NCBI RefSeq assembly: GCF_902713615.1
Contig: NC_052150.1
Span: 90,589,206-90,653,205, forward strand
Source: Scyliorhinus canicula
Taxonomy: Eukaryota
Length of the DNA stretch: 64,000 nt
Direction: 5' to 3'
Of the stretch, positions 47,801 through 60,627 are shown one piece after another (positions within the stretch are counted from its first letter, which is position 1; each line of letters opens with the position of its first letter). Position numbers and translations under genes: made by a program. The notes below the pieces were generated by a model, which ran no database searches, was not told the DNA's origin, and saw only the letters and a list, made by a program, of their open reading frames with translations.

Positions 47801-49029
47801 TGCCTTGCCAAATGAAAAATATGTTTGTTGAACATTTTTAATGAAGGGAATACCCCTTTAAGGATTTTGTATTTAATAAAATGAACACAATGCAGGTAAC
47901 TTGAACTTTGAAAAATATGGAATTGGCTGTCTATACAATGCCATCACAACAGATTTTCCATTCTTTTGAAGTCAAGTCAAGTCAATAATGGAGATCTAAT
48001 TTGATATTGCCCATTTTACACGATTAAAATGACTCCTTATGAGTGCCCTCTCAAAGTTAGGTGGCATATTGAATGTCTTGTGAGACTAATTGGAACATTA
48101 AAGTCACTGGGTATATGACAGAGATAATCTTTTATCTCAGATCAAGATTCAGACTCGAAATTTTAAATTTATTGAAAAAAATTTTAAAAAGTAAAGTCCT
48201 GGGTTTTAGTCAGAAAATGCCATTACTGAAAGCTCTTATCTGCACCTGGTTACATTACAAATGTTTTGCGCACTTAGTTATGGACACTCAGTCAATGAGC
48301 TGACTGCAAGACCTTGATGAAAGAGAAAGATCAATTTTCTGCAAGTAACATAGGTCACTTTGTAATGTTAAGGTGTCCATACCTGCTTGTATATTGATTT
48401 TGTCTTTTCATTCAACATATCCCCAGTGAGGACATGACAGAGATAAACATTTTATTTAAACAAAACCGTTTTCTTCCTTTGAGAAGTAAATAAAAGGAAT
48501 AAGATCCAGATCCACTGAACTCAGGCTCACTGTGGGTCATTTTAAGTCTATGTGACCAGATTTGGAGCGTTATTTTAAAAGCTAAGGTGAGAGGGAGGTC
48601 TAGAAACAGGTTACAGTAACATAAATCAATAAAAATGAAATGGATGCATGGGTCTTTACTTTCACCATGTAATTGTAATTTGTAATTGCCATTCTTCAAG
48701 AAGCACAACTGGAAGAGGAACGGCAGATACATTAACCTAATCTGCAACCAGCAGCATCAATCTCTATTGCTAACAACAATTGTTGTCTGCATTCTGTTTT
48801 AATGTTCGTATCCTAGGAAAATTCATTGAAAGAAGCAAAAACTATCAGCACAAGGTAATGGCACTGTGGACTGCTGAGAAAATGTACAGACAATAATGAA
48901 CAGCAAGAGATCCTCTAATCTACCCAATGTGTCCCACATAATTGTGATACTTGTGTATCACAATATATACACTCTCCACACAAAAACCCATGTGATCTCG
49001 AGTAAGATGTAAAGAGAACAGATAAAAGC

Positions 49030-49540
49030 CCAGACGAGCTTGAGAAATAATCTGGAAAATCGCACTGTGAATTATATTCTAACTCACCTCCTGACTCCAC
49101 AAAGCCCGTCCACCATTTACAAGGCACAAGTCAGGATTGTGATGGGCACTCACTTAGATGAGTGCAGCTCCAAGATTCAGGAAGGTCGGCACCATCCAGA
49201 ACAAAGCAGCCCACTAGACTGACACCTAATCCACCACCTTAAAAATTCACTCCCTCGTCACTGTGGCAACCGTGTGTGCCATCTGCAAGATGAACTGCAG
49301 CAACTTGCCAAGACTCCTTCGACAGCAGTTTCCAAACTGCAAACTCTACCACCTTGAAGAACAAGGACAGTAGACACTTGGGAACACCACAACCTGCAAG
49401 TTTCTCTCCAAGCCACACACCATCCTGACTTGGAAACATATCACAGTTCCTTCACTGTCACTGGGTCAAAAAATTGGAACTTCTTCCTGAACAGCACTAT
49501 GGCTGTATCTACAACACATTGGCTGCAGCAGTTCAAGAAA
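49030..49540 (+). mobile_element. LINE (CR1-like) 3' fragment
   Basis: HLLTPQSPSTIYKAQVR plus a 3' UTR shared with 5380-6080 and rc of 56690-57790. Confidence 0.7.
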
Positions 49541-52199
49541 AGAATAATGAAAGTCCTCCACCCAGTGATCAAAACCAGTCCAAAGGATCACTCTTGTTCT
49601 GAATCTCTTGCAGTAAGAGACAATCTTTATCTCAGCCAGAAATAAATTCAGCTCTCAGATAAAGATATTCAGTTATTATTGACCAAGGTTGGGATTATGT
49701 CAGGCCCAGGGAAATTTTGCTGAGTGGTCGAATAACTGGCAGACAGCCTCCATCAATTCAACAGAATCAAGTGCCCTTCAGGCACTAAGTGGCCGCCATC
49801 AAGTCTTCCCTGCAATTGAGGACCCTGTAACGGGAGTTCTACCATCAAGGCCATCGGCCGTCAGCTTCAGTGGGGGTGGTGGCTGCCTGAAGCGCTACAC
49901 CCACCAGAGGCCCAGAATCATCGTAAGACCCAGATCAAATGTAAGCCAGGGTGGGTTGGGGATTGTGTGATGGGGATCGAGGGAGCCAGGGGGTTCCAAG
50001 GCAAGCGCTAGAAGGTGATTTTCAGTCCCCACTCCCCCTACCGAATGCTCAGTTTGGTAGTCAGGCACACACAGGAGGCTGCTGACAAACCTGACAGGTA
50101 AGTTGTGTGACCAGCATTTCATTCCTGAATCACCACCAAATTGTTGTGGGCTCAGGGATAATGGGTGTCAAATTGTTCATTAATGAGCCTAATTGACCAT
50201 CAGCAGCAAATCCCATGACAGCCCCTTCTGCCCGCCAACTTAATTGGGGGGCTGTTGTAGGGCCTGTCCTGCAATTAAGTGGTCTGGTCACCATGGTTCC
50301 TGCCACAATGGCTGTAATAAATCCAGGCCCACCGCACAAACCTGTAGCCTGCTCCAGATATCTCTACGAAAAGAACCACCTCCTGACCACTAACCTAGAT
50401 CTGTCCTTATACAATCAAAACTGTGACCCCTGCACCTCGTAAACATTTTTAATTGGAACAAACTGCCAACTCCATCACAATTGATTCCCCTTCATCATTC
50501 TGTAACCCTTAATAAAGCCAGCTCAAGGTCTATGCTTCTCTGACATTTAAATTCCCTTCTCTTCAAGCCTAACATGATAACAAAGATTACTTTTACATTG
50601 GTAATTAATCTAGCAGCCTTTCCTCTGCACTCTTAGTAAAACCTCAAAATTTATTAACCGCATAAAAAGACCAAAACTGAGCACAGTCATCCAAGTCAGG
50701 CCTGACCAAGGCCTTGAGTAAGGGCAAATAGTAGGGTGGAATTCTCCCACCCCACCCGTGGTAGGTTTGTTGGTGGGCAGGAATAGGGAATCTAAAGGGA
50801 GCTCAAAGATTGAAAATCACGGCGTAAAAATATTGTGCAATTTGGCACATTAATGGCAAGCTAATGCCGGGTTATTGGCAGGTTAATGATGACTCCGGTT
50901 TCCTGCTGCCTGGTGGCATGAATGTAATTTGCATTCATTTGCATCTCATAAATGTTCACTAAGTAAGCTGCTAGCCGGAATCTCTCCATGCCTTCCAATC
51001 TTGCGTCACGCCAGTGGGAAATTACACTGGCCTCAAACCAGTTTGAGAAAGAGTGGCGTGTACAAGGCAGACCTCATCAGTTGGGTTGAGATTGTAAGGC
51101 GAGTGCCTACTTGCCATTGCACTGAGCCTCTCTTATTGCACTGAACGCTGCTCGGCTGGAGCAGGCTGGTTTGTGCCCTGTAATTCCATGCCAAACTTGT
51201 CTTTATAGACAACACTGAGCGATGGGACTTATGGACACTCCACTTTGACCAACTCTTCCTAATGATGAGCGCAGGGTTGCGGACCACAGGCATCTGCGTA
51301 GGCAGCACTGTGCTGTGGGACCCACGCACCCTCCACTTTGACTGACCAAGGTTTGACCTGGGGTTGTGCGCGACATCAAGGTAGCCTGGTGAGCACAAGG
51401 GAGGAAATGGGGAAGAAAGGCTGTGCATGGACAGGGTAGGGAAGGGCAGACATAAGAGAAGAAATAGAGAAGGAGCTATGTGGAAGGGCAAGCGAGCACG
51501 ATGGAAGGCAGAGGGCCAGGTAGGTAGAGGAGGATGTTGAAAAATGAAGCATAGAGGGAAGACTGAGGGGAGGGGAGCTGGACCCCGAAAAAGGATACAT
51601 GAAATGCTGACACGCAAGGGGATTAAAGAGATAGCACATTGTTTACTGGAAAGGGATGCTTGCAGATTCTGGAATAGGTGGGGGATGGCGGGTGAGATGG
51701 ATGTCAGTGTGGCACATTAGGGATGGTCCGCATCAGAACTTGGAAGCTAGGGATGGTGTTGTCTGGGAGGGTCACTGTTGTTCTTAGTCCTCTTTGGAAA
51801 GGAGAAATATATCAAAGTTCCCAGTTACGTTCAGAAGCTGCAGACAGGAATTATAGCGTGCAGATATTCCTGTTGTGAAATGAAAAGGAGTCAGAGATGA
51901 CAGGCAGTCTAGTGTCTGAGTGGATCTTACAGTCTAAAATCAGAGAATGGAGGCAGTGCATAAGTGTACAGGCGTGCTGCAGGAGCTTACATTGGGAGCA
52001 TGATGTACCCCAGCTGCAGGGATGGCGAAAGCTGTGTGCTCCACAGGAAAAAAGCACAGGTTGGTATGCAGGGCTGTCTTATGGTCAATGTCTCAGTGTA
52101 CGGCGACTTCTGCACTGGTCTGCAGAGGGAATGGTGAAGATGTCTGGGGACATCTGCAGCCAATAGTTAGTTGGGATGACATAATAAAACAGGGGAAGT

Positions 52200-52896
52200 G
52201 ATGGGGTTGTTATGTGGTTTTAAGGTGATGGCAGCACTCAAATTCCTTGCTCCTGGGTCTTTCCAGTGATCAAGGAATCTGTGTGGCATCTCTCAGTCCG
52301 TAATGCATCACTGCGTTAAGGTCACTGTGTCCTTTATAGGAAGATTCATTAATCTGTCAGGTTTGCTCTGAACAAAGATAGCCAGGCTCAAGGATTCACT
52401 GGCTTCAAAGCCATTCCATGCTCCCCAAGAGTACAGGGTGCAATAGACTGTACCCCTGTGGCTATACAGGCTCCATGGGAGCAGCCCCTAAATGTCTATC
52501 AAGGGTTATCATTCTATCAACTTGGAACTGGTGTGTGACCATCATAAGCACATCCTGCATACCTTGGGAGTTGCCAGGAGTCCTACATCCTCGGTCACTC
52601 CCAGGTGCCTGGGATTTTAAAGGGGTGGAACGTCAACAGGATGGTTGCTGGGGGAGAAGGGCTACCCACCTAAACACTGGCTGATGACTCTGGTGCATCA
52701 TCTTCAAACCTGCTCCGAGAAGAGGTACAATGCTTCTCACAGCTCCAAGCGGTCCCTTATGGAGCAGACAATAGGACCTCTGAAGATGCGATTTAGATGC
52801 CTGAACAACTTAGGTGGCTCTCTGCAATATGCACTGGAGGGCATTTGCCACATGATCACAGTTTGCTGTGCCCCTCACAATCTTGCTGGAGAATGA
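52200..52896 (+). pseudogene. HARBI1-like DDE transposase relic
   Basis: CGISQS; WLLGEKGYP..WLMT..EKRYNASH..EQTIGPLKMRFRCL..CCAPHNLA. Confidence 0.85.
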
Positions 52897-53589
52897 ACAG
52901 GAGAAGGATGCATGCTCCTTAAATGATAAAGATGAGAAGGTGCAGAAAACTCCAGGGCCTGCTGAGGGCCAGTAACAGCCATGATCTTATTGAATGATGG
53001 AACTGACTCGAGGGACTGAGGAGCCTATTCCTGCTCTTAATTCATATGCTCATTTGAGCGAGCTAATGTCATGGGGCAAGGAAGATGTGAAAGATGTGCC
53101 TGTGATACTTTAATTGCTGACAGGTTTTAGGAAGAGCAAAGTTAAGTCAGGTCATTTGGATGCATCTCCCTTGCCTTCATCACCATTCCCTGTCATCTCA
53201 GAGAATAGTTGAACAATCGCTGAGAGAATGGGTCCTGCATTTACACTTGCAAATTCTGAACTCATGACTCACTAGGATTTGGTCATCGGTGACCCGGTCT
53301 GGGCTTGCTCATATTTATTGTGTGCCAGCTTGGCTTGTGTGAAGATGAAACAAAGTCAGGTGAACAGAGGGATGGAGCAGAGGTTGGGTGAAATGTCCCC
53401 CGTATGTGGTGAGCCCTCCCCAGAATGGTAAGAGGATGGAGTGTGAGTAACGAGATAGAAAGAATGTTGTTGATGTGAAAGTGGCTGTGAGAGAACGGGT
53501 GTTGAAATGCATTCTTTTTAATGGATGTGTGAGATCTGTGAAGGGAATAGCTGTTCGAGTACATGGGGCGAGTTTGATGTTGGAGGGAA

Positions 53590-53850
53590 TTGAATCTGGC
53601 AGAGTGGATGAGATCATTCATTTGCTTTCTGCACTTTCTGATGCTTCTGGTATGGTTGCCAGCCATACTGGTCTCCTAGGCAACGCCCTGCCAGGCCAGA
53701 GAAGTGAGGTTTGGGTGCTTCCTGGAGCTATGTGGGTAAGGCATGGTTCTGTGCCCGGACTCCTCGAAATAAGGCATCGAGGGACATTTGGCTGAAACAG
53801 TGCCCTCTACTTGAGAGAGGTGGCCCTTCGCTTTGTGAAGGGTGCCATGT
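53590..53850 (-). pseudogene. Harbinger Myb/SANT-like exon relic
   Basis: AWQGVA..RSIRKCRKQMNDLIHSAR parallels AWDELA..QCRKKVNDLHRAA at ~20100-20200. Confidence 0.65.
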
Positions 53851-56689
53851 TGAGCAGTCTCCTGATGACAAGTGGGCTGGAGAGTGTGATAGGAGTGTAT
53901 TGCACTGGTGTTGAAATATGGCTTGGGACCTTCTAAGTATCAGCTCACAGTGGGTGGACAAATCAGTTCCCGGTCCGCCAGGTGATTCAGAAAGATACTC
54001 CCTCGTGCCTAATTAATGAGACTCCAAGCGTGGAAGCAGGTGCGGCTTGATGCCAGTCCAGCAAGCGGGAATGGCACTACTGGAACAGTCTGTCCAAACA
54101 CTTTGACAAAATTCCGCCCAGTATTCTTTGTTTTATAATCAATTGACATATAAATACACCCCAGCACCCTATTTGTCCTTGCTATTGTTTCATAACTTTG
54201 CTTATGAACCTTTTAAGTTCTATGCATTAGAACACCCATCTCTTTTTCTTTCCCTCTCTTCTATAATGCTTAGATCCAAGTAGCTGAGCAGTGTATTTAT
54301 CTGGAACGTCCATTCTTCTCACATGCACAACACTGCACTTTTTCCAAATTGAGCATCATTTGCCAGCGCTGAGCCCAATCCTTGTCACATCGAGAGATGC
54401 CAGAGGCCATCGAGCTTTATCTATGATCCTAACTTTTGCACAGTCTTAATATCACGTGCACAATTTGAGATAATGTCCCCTGACACCTACAGGTAGACAA
54501 TTAATAAAAATAATAAAGAACAATAGTTCCAACACCTCGTTCTGTCTGACAACACTGGTTGCATCTCAAAACAGATACAAATCCACGTATAACTATTTCT
54601 TGTCGATATCCTTTCAGGCAATCGCGCTCAGTACATTGCCACTAATATTCACGGCTTGAGGTCTCTGGTGGTTTGTCAAAATCACAACCTGGGGTATTCT
54701 TAACCAAACAATGGCAGTAGACATTTTGAGAATCCTTCAGTGAAATATGCTTTAAATTTAAATAGATTATTTTCTGTAGTTTGAGGATTGACAGTGTGTG
54801 AATGTATCGGTTCCACATTTTTGGCTATATTTTATCATTTTCAGTCATCCACCTCTTGAAGTAGGGAAGTTACTTGCTAAATTTAGCCCTTCTGTGAGGA
54901 CATCATAAAGACGCTGTTGCTATTGGAAACCGTCCAGACTCTATCCGAGCTTGATTCTTTGAAGGGACAGTTTCCCTTTATTGGAGAGTTTTTGTGTAGA
55001 ATTTAGTTGCTGGATTTAACTGCTTACATCACATAGTATAATCGCTGCTATCTTAGCTGTTGGGGAAAGTTTGAACTGCAGCAGAAACTATTAACCACTG
55101 TAAGATGAACTTTCACAATGCATTTTTATTTATCATAGAGACACAATGAATGTCAATTGTGTCATGTCTTTTGCACAATACCTTCACTATAGAGGCTTCA
55201 CCATAGCAACAAATCCGCTCTTCCACATCCGACAAAAATGATGTTTTTTCAGCTGAAATACTGTAACCTTGTTAGTAGTGTTATAAGGTATATGACAACA
55301 GTGATGCATAAACCATCTGTCATCTTTACTAATGGAAAATAAAAAGTACTAACTAGAAACATGCAAATTAGATTTGCAATTTCAGCACCCAGCAGAAAGT
55401 ACAGACTCTGATTGTAATAGTGTTGAACAGATGGTAAATTTTTTAAAGACTGGAACAGATCAGAAAGTTATGCTGTACAATTTTTTTACGAGATGTGAAC
55501 TGCTGTTTTGAAAGACTAAAAGAAAGGAGACACAAAAAGTTCATAGACGGTGGGCCAAGGAGCCCAGAAGCTTTAACACATGTGAGGTATAAACCTTCTC
55601 ATAACTTACATTTATATAGTGAATTTAACATAGTCAAACATCCAAAGGCATTTCACAAGAGAAATATGAATAAAAACATCTTTGACCTTTTAGGCACCGA
55701 AGCATAACAGGATATATCAGCATAGATGAGTAAAAGCATGATTGAAGAGCTAGGTTTTCGGAGGCATCCTAAAAGAGGGGAGATGTGGGATGGAGAGGTT
55801 TAGGAAGGGAATTCTGGAGCTGAGGGCCAAGGCTCTGTACCCGAGATTCAGTGTATTACATCCATATGCTAGGCTGAGCTGGAGCAAGGGAATTCTGGCA
55901 AGCGATCAGGATCTAAAGTTTCTTGGTGGGGCCTAGTACAGTGCACTATCCATGTTTATTAACAAGACTTCCCGTATACTTTGGCTCATTTCACAAAAGA
56001 AATATAAACTGCCCAACCTGACCTCATGCAGTCTGCTGTTTGATTGTGAATGGTGCAGTACTTCATGCTATGTTGCATTTCTTTTCGTATGTAGCTCCAT
56101 TAGGTAAAAGGCAAACAATGTGCCGCTGACAAATTGTATGAGGCCAGTGCTATTGATTTTACCCTCACACTGTAACTGCTCAAAATCTGATTACTTTCAT
56201 TTAGTTCCACACTAGGTTGGCTCCACGGCTAATTACCACTTTCTCACCTGTGTACTGTAGAGTTCAGCTGCCCTGAGGTTTCTTGTGTGTGCATGCATGT
56301 GTGTCTGTGAGTATTTATCAGTGAAAATCAATACAACCCTCCCCTTCCAAAGAGCAGCCATTTGTCAGCAGCATTTCATTTACCAGACATCAGGCTATTA
56401 AATACTAAGCACAGTAGCTCATTGTTTCCTTGTTATTACTATTGAGTGCTAGAGGTAATGCCCTTTTCAGCATGTTACCTAAACCGACATTCTAAAGAAC
56501 AGTAAAGGAATTCATGGAGGTGAGCCCCTGTCTATTGTCAGGCTACGTATTAGTGGTACTTTAAGTTGAACTTCTGAGTATTATTAAGATTATGTGAGGC
56601 TTGAGCCTATCTGCAGTGAGAAGAAATATTTCCTGGGTTTACTGCAAGTTTAATCAGAGTGTTCTGTTTATGTAGTTGTACAGTTTATT

Positions 56690-57790
56690 CTTGCATGGGG
56701 TGTGGGTGTTGCTGATGAGGTCAACATTTAATGCCCATCCCTAATTACCCTTGGTGGTGGTGAGCTGCCTTCTTGAACCACTTTAGTGCATGTGTTGTAG
56801 GTACTCTTCTTTTCGGAGTCTGCACTATAATTGAGTTCTCAGGTGACTGAGGAGTACAATGGGCGACCTAAAGCCTCTGTCACAAGTGGGGCACATGGTG
56901 ATTGGAGGAGAGGGTTGGTGGGGTACCCAGAATGCCATGTGCTCTTTCCAATGTTGATACTTGGCTTCAGCTTGTTCTCGTTGATGAAACCTGTGGTGTA
57001 GGTACACCTACAGTGCTGTTAGGGAGAGAATTCCAGGATTTTGACCCAGCAACAGTGAAGCAATGGTGATATATTTTCAAGTCAGGATGGTGTGTGGCTT
57101 GGAGAAGGGATTTCCAGGTGGTGGTGTTCCCATGTGTCTGCTGTCCTTGTCCTTCTAGATGGTTGAGGTCATGGATTTGGAAGGTGCAGTTAAAGAAGCC
57201 TTTGTTAGTTGCTGTTGTGCATCTTGTAGATGGTACGCTCTTCTACCACTGTGCGTCAGTGGTGAAGGGAGTGAATGTTTAAGGTGGTAAATTGGATGCT
57301 TTCAAGTGGAGTGGGATGCTTTGTTCTGGATAGTGTAAAGCTTCTTGGGTGTTTTTGCAACCATACTCATCCAGGCAAGTGAAGGGTATTCCATCACACT
57401 CCTGACTTATGCCTTGTAGATGGTGGACCGGCATGGGGAGTCAAAAGTTGAGTTACTCGCTGTATAATGCTCAGCCTCTGATATGCTGGTGTAGCTATAT
57501 TATTTTCATCGCTGGTCCAGATCAGTTTCTGGTCAATGTTAACACCCAGGATTTTGATAGTCAGGGATTCAGTGAATGCCATTGAATGTCATGGGGTAAT
57601 GGTTGGATCCTCTCTTGTTGCAGATGGTGTTGGTTTGCACTTGTGTGCAATGCATGTTACTTGCCATTTATCAGCCCAAATCTTGCATATGAACATGGAT
57701 TGTTTTAGTATCTGAGAAGTTGCAAATGGTGCTGAACATAATGCAGTCATCAGCGAACATCCCTACTTCTGACCTTGTGATGGAGGAGTT
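56690..57790 (-). mobile_element. CR1-like LINE 3' portion
   Basis: IKILGVNIDQKLIWT..QRLSIIQRVTQLLTP plus the shared 3' UTR. Confidence 0.75.
56805..56991 (-). mobile_element. RTE-type LINE extreme 3' end with C2H2-like finger
   Basis: CPTCDRGFRSPIVLLSHLRT; 14-bp TSD TGTGKTGTAGGTAC. Confidence 0.7.
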
Positions 57791-58149
57791 GATGGTTGGC
57801 ACCAGTTTGTTACAGCTGGTGGGAACTCCAAGATCAAAGACACTCAATGTCTAATTGTAGGACTCAATAACAGGAAGCGGGAGTTCAGCTGAGAGCCAGG
57901 TCCTTGCCTTTTCTGTCGATCTCCATTTGTGTCTCTCCCCACAAACTTACCCAGTGAAACACCTCCTCACCACACACATTTGTGACCTGGGTCGGTTGGC
58001 CACCCGGGAAGTCCAGTGCCTGTCCTTCCGGCAGCAGCCACAGCTTCCTTGGTGGTGCTGCTGAGCATAAGATTTACCAGCCTCTGATTGGCCAGTTGTG
58101 CTCATTAGACAAGTTGGGGTTTTTTAGCTTACGCATTGAAATTATTTTT

Positions 58150-58900
58150 ATTTGTTTGAATAATGTTATAGAGGGAAAGTATGTAGATGATAAATTAGCG
58201 AGAGCTAAGGATAGATCCTTGGGGGATTCGGGCAACAATGCAGGAATAGGAAGATAAGCTCTGTAGGTGACTTAATGGTTATGGTTGCATAAATAAGAAT
58301 TAAACCAAGAGAGGGAAATCCAACTCAATTGGATAATGAAGGAGAGATGTTTGAGGATGATGGTGTTGTAAATGTTGTCTTTGGCTGCAACTACATTGAT
58401 AAGTATCAGAAGGGATAGTTTACCATGGTCACAGTCACATAGGATGTCATTTCTGACTTTGATAGGAGCTGTAACACAAGCAGAAACCTGAATGGAGGAG
58501 TTCAAACATGGAGTTGCACAAACTATGTGCACAAATTTCAGAAGTAACAACAAGTTCAATTACTTTGGAGAGGCAATGGAAGTTGAAACGCAGGGAGCGA
58601 GGGTATTTTGTTGGGCTGGAAGAGTCAATGTATTCTTTGTTTATCTGAGATGGCGATGAAGGCAGATTTAAGAAGAAGGGAATAGTAACCGAGGAAGGAG
58701 ACTCATCAACTATATTAACATGGAGACCAAGTGGGGAAGTTGATTGAACAGCACTTTGGTTGGAATAGGGGAGATCTGGGTGAAGGTGGGTTCCATAGAC
58801 AAGAAAGAACATGAAGGGAGACAGGAGAGAGACCAGGAAAGATGTGTGTTCAGGCCTACGGCATTGGGGAACTTGAGGTGAAATTTGATCCAGTGGACTG
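58150..58900 (-). mobile_element. Degraded L2 LINE RT fragment
   Basis: TAPIKVRNDILCDCDHGKLSLLIL..LSWFNSYL matches the L2 RT pattern. Confidence 0.7.
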
Positions 58901-59620
58901 TGACATAGGACAAAGATTTAACCCTACAACCCCTCTCATTTCAAGCTTATTTTCACAGTGGGGAAACTTTTTACTTACTTAATATCTACACTTGCTCGTG
59001 TTTTTCAGTACTGGGCAGCAGTCTTAATCTTCTTGGCCACTGGCAGTTTTGGGAAACTGTTTTCAGTTTTAGTTATTGGGGAATACTGATGCTATCTTTG
59101 GTGATATAATTTTATTTTGTTACTCCATTTCCACAAAATTCAAGTAAGTGGCTTTGAGATGTAAGTAACTGACCACAAAATGTGCTTCTGGAGAAAGTGT
59201 TTAAATGTAATTGACTGGCATACAAAAGATCCTGCTGCAAACATTGCAGAAGTGGTTTGTACAGAAAATAATCACCACGGTGTTTCAGAGTCTTGGATTG
59301 CAACCTTTCTAAAGTGCTGCTACAGCAGTTAATTGAATTGGGGCAAAAACACGTGTGTTAAGACTGCAAAATTAACTTCTACCTGGTCTACACTAAATAA
59401 AACATCCTGTGGCATGAACTTGTTTTATGTTGCAGCAAATAGTGTCAAATTAGGTCTGGAATATTTTGCATTAATAACTCCATATGCGAGAAGCCATTAA
59501 CTGTAAACAGTGTGAAATGCTACTTTGTGGAAAAATGTTCTTAAGGATCATACATACTTAGAACATTGACTTGCCCTTTTTATGAATGATGTAACTAATG
59601 TACAGCTCTGCATTTACAGT

Positions 59621-60341
59621 AATTTCTACTTTCTATAGACACTTCGTTGGATGGTTGCTGCACAATGTAATATGAATGTAAGCTTTTTTAATTTAAAGCA
59701 CAGAATGAATTATATTGAAACCTTCCTTTCCAAAGTATCTTAACTGAAAAGGTGATTTAACTTTGTTGCCACATGAAATGCATATTTTGTTCAATGGCTA
59801 CGAAATTGTAAGGAATGCAATTGTTTTTCGTACATTTTCTGGCATTTTTCAAAAGACAGCTTTTCATGAGTGTTTGCATACTCTTGAATGGTGGATCAAA
59901 AAACAATGAATAAACCATGTAGAAGTTCACCTGAAAAAAGAAACCCTACTTAAAAGGCAATCATCGCATGGGCTGTCTTGCTGTGTCCACAGTTTTATTT
60001 TTGTTTTACTGTAACTAAACCCAAGCGTGCTACTGTCAGTTAAGAGAAGACAAGCAATCTGACAAAAAAATAGAGACTCTGCCAGAATAATACTGCTGTC
60101 TGTGCTGGAGGACACCAGCTTAAAATGTTGATATAAAAAAGATGGGGACAGTAGCTGATGTGGAAAACTGAAATTGCTTTGCAACTGGCATTGAGTGACT
60201 AAATATATCATATACATGGGAGATCAGTTGATTCTATACATTTAAGATTAAAATAGAATTCATTCTGTGCTTTCAATTAAGCAACATGTGAGTAACTTGT
60301 GAAGCAAATATCCAAAGGAGAGTCTACAATAAGTAGAAATT
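59621..60341. repeat. Old long inverted repeat (arms 59621-59716 and 60252-60341)
   Basis: Perfect 17-bp AAAGCACAGAATGAATT and 11-bp AATTTCTACTT inverted matches, with colinear similarity between them. Confidence 0.8.
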
Positions 60342-60388
60342 GTTATAAATAAATATATATTTACAACTGTGTAGTTGGTTCACACCAA

Positions 60389-60627
60389 AATGAAAGTAAA
60401 ATATTGCGGATTCTGGAGATTTGAAATAAAAACCAAAAGTTCTGGAAAAACACAGTCAGTCTGGCATCAACTGTGGAAATAGAAACAGAGTTAATGTTTC
60501 AAGTCCAACATGATTCTTCTTCAGTTCCGAAGAAGAATCCCAAGGAAGAGTCACATTGGACTCAAATCATTAACCCTGTCTCTCTGTCCATAGATGCTGC
60601 CAGACTGCAGAGTTTTTCTGGCACTCC
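60389..60627. mobile_element. Palindromic Penelope-like pLTR remnant
   Basis: Same family as 3163-3397; minus strand CUGAAGA A GAAUC..GACUU GAAACAUU at ~60490-60524. Confidence 0.7.

Larger units (their letters stand above)
50734..54119. mobile_element. Decayed autonomous Harbinger transposon inside an old CR1 relic (~50300-54700, minus)
   Basis: TIR GGGTGGAATT / AATTCCGCCC; flanks AGT(A); convergent transposase (+) and Myb-like (-) relics. Confidence 0.8.

Noticed and set aside
48412-48747. 111-aa minus-strand ORF in unique DNA
   Set aside because: Non-ATG start, AT-biased composition, no recognisable motif or paired splice sites.
49600-50340. Further old MITE-like relics (also ~6520-6740, 16400-16700, 22520-23760, 45400-45600, 57790-58100)
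   Set aside because: They look repeat-derived, but I could not fix termini or family by eye.
52645-52896. Host HARBI1 gene or NAIF1-like domesticated gene
   Set aside because: Frameshifted and stop-ridden, enclosed by TIRs and a TSD, so a transposon relic.
59755-59930. Minus-strand exon after a strong acceptor
   Set aside because: No recognisable peptide in any frame and no clear donor; noted only as part of the inverted-repeat finding.
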